Positions 63,280-64,000 of a stretch of 64,000 nucleotides of DNA are shown piece by piece. Origin of the DNA: Hemiscyllium ocellatum (Eukaryota). The stretch lies in the NCBI RefSeq assembly GCF_020745735.1, contig NW_026867487.1, forward strand, positions 4,419,239 to 4,483,238, given 5' to 3'. A program made the position numbers and the translations under genes. Numbering within the stretch: position 1 is the stretch's first letter; each line of letters opens with the position of its first letter. The notes below the pieces were generated by a model. It searched no databases. It was not told the origin of the DNA and worked only from the letters and a program-made list of their open reading frames with translations.

Positions 63280-63325
63280 ATGTTGCTGTCCGTTCTCTCT
63301 CTGACCTGCATTACCTCCATTGTTG
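63280..63325 (+). CDS. Leader exon of V family A copy 4; the V exon is expected just past the window end
   Basis: ATG TTG CTG TCC..ATT GTT G|gtaagg. The intron is collinear with the other copies up to 64000. Confidence 0.85.
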
Positions 63326-64000
63326 GTAAGGAGTTTAAAAAGAAGTTAAATTGAAGGTTTAATATATTTGAGAGACAGAGTGCATGGATTTGACGAATAT
63401 TAGAGCTACTTCAAAGCACGCTTCGTACTTGCAAGCAATTCTGGTCTCTGTCTTCCACAAAAAAAAATGAAGGGATAAAAACTGCAAGAGAAAAGTGATT
63501 TATACAGATGTTGCTGGAATTGAAAGTTTGACAGAAATCAACGTGTCGGCTTGCGTCCATTTCTCCCCTAATGGGAACACTAAAGTGTATCTAAATTGAT
63601 GTCTTTACAATGGTGAAAGGATCTTATGTTCGGGTCACGAAGCAACATAGTACAGTTGAGGAGGATTCCAGGTTTAATAAGCAAGGTTAAACGGCACAAA
63701 GTTATCTAATGAGGATGTTGGGAAAAAGAATAACAGCTGTTTTTCCGGACAACAGGTACAATAGGTTTTTATTAGCACAAGGGGTAGTTGGAGTGACGAA
63801 CAAAGATGCACTTAAAAGGAAAGCAGATAAGCAGGAGAGGGAGAAAGGGATTGAGAGACACACTATTAAAATGAGAGGGAGAAATAAGTGAGTATGCTTG
63901 TGGTTATTATGCACACAGCCATGAGGCCAACGACCTGAACGAGCCTCTTCTCCTCTGAATTCTATCTATTTTGAAGATATCATCAATTTCTAAGTTCGGT

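Larger units (their letters stand above)
1..64000. repeat. Tandem segmental duplication, about 3.2 copies of a 19-22 kb V-gene cassette
   Basis: Homologous anchors recur in the same order. Family-A leaders lie at 2708, 22163, 44120 and 63280 (spacing 19455, 21957, 19160). Family-B V exons lie at 17019, 38484 and 57852. Intergenic sequence is collinear between copies. True unit boundaries cannot be fixed from this window. Confidence 0.97.

Overview
This is vertebrate, very probably shark (elasmobranch), genomic DNA from a T-cell receptor alpha/delta-type V-gene array. It is not prokaryotic. The window holds about 3.2 copies of a 19-22 kb tandem cassette. Each cassette carries: (i) a family-A V gene (46-nt leader, long intron, V exon, 23-RSS); (ii) an unannotated inverted family-A V pseudogene with a relic RSS; (iii) a decayed GPR139-like 7TM receptor exon on the minus strand; (iv) a 3'-truncated family-B V relic about 0.6 kb ahead of (v) a family-B V gene with 23-RSS; and (vi) a block of degenerate Penelope-like retroelement (PLE) sequence in alternating orientations. 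Of six complete V genes, three look intact (A1, B2, A3) and three carry a single lesion (B1 splice donor, A2 start codon, B3 stop). No D, J or C segments were seen. Cassette-private insertions include HE1-type SINEs, a CR1-type LINE tail and a 5'-inverted PLE. There are also two independent perfect-palindrome mini-insertions with target-site duplications, both centred inside the PLE hammerhead-ribozyme motif. Coordinates were counted by eye. Family names come from recalled motifs, not database searches.
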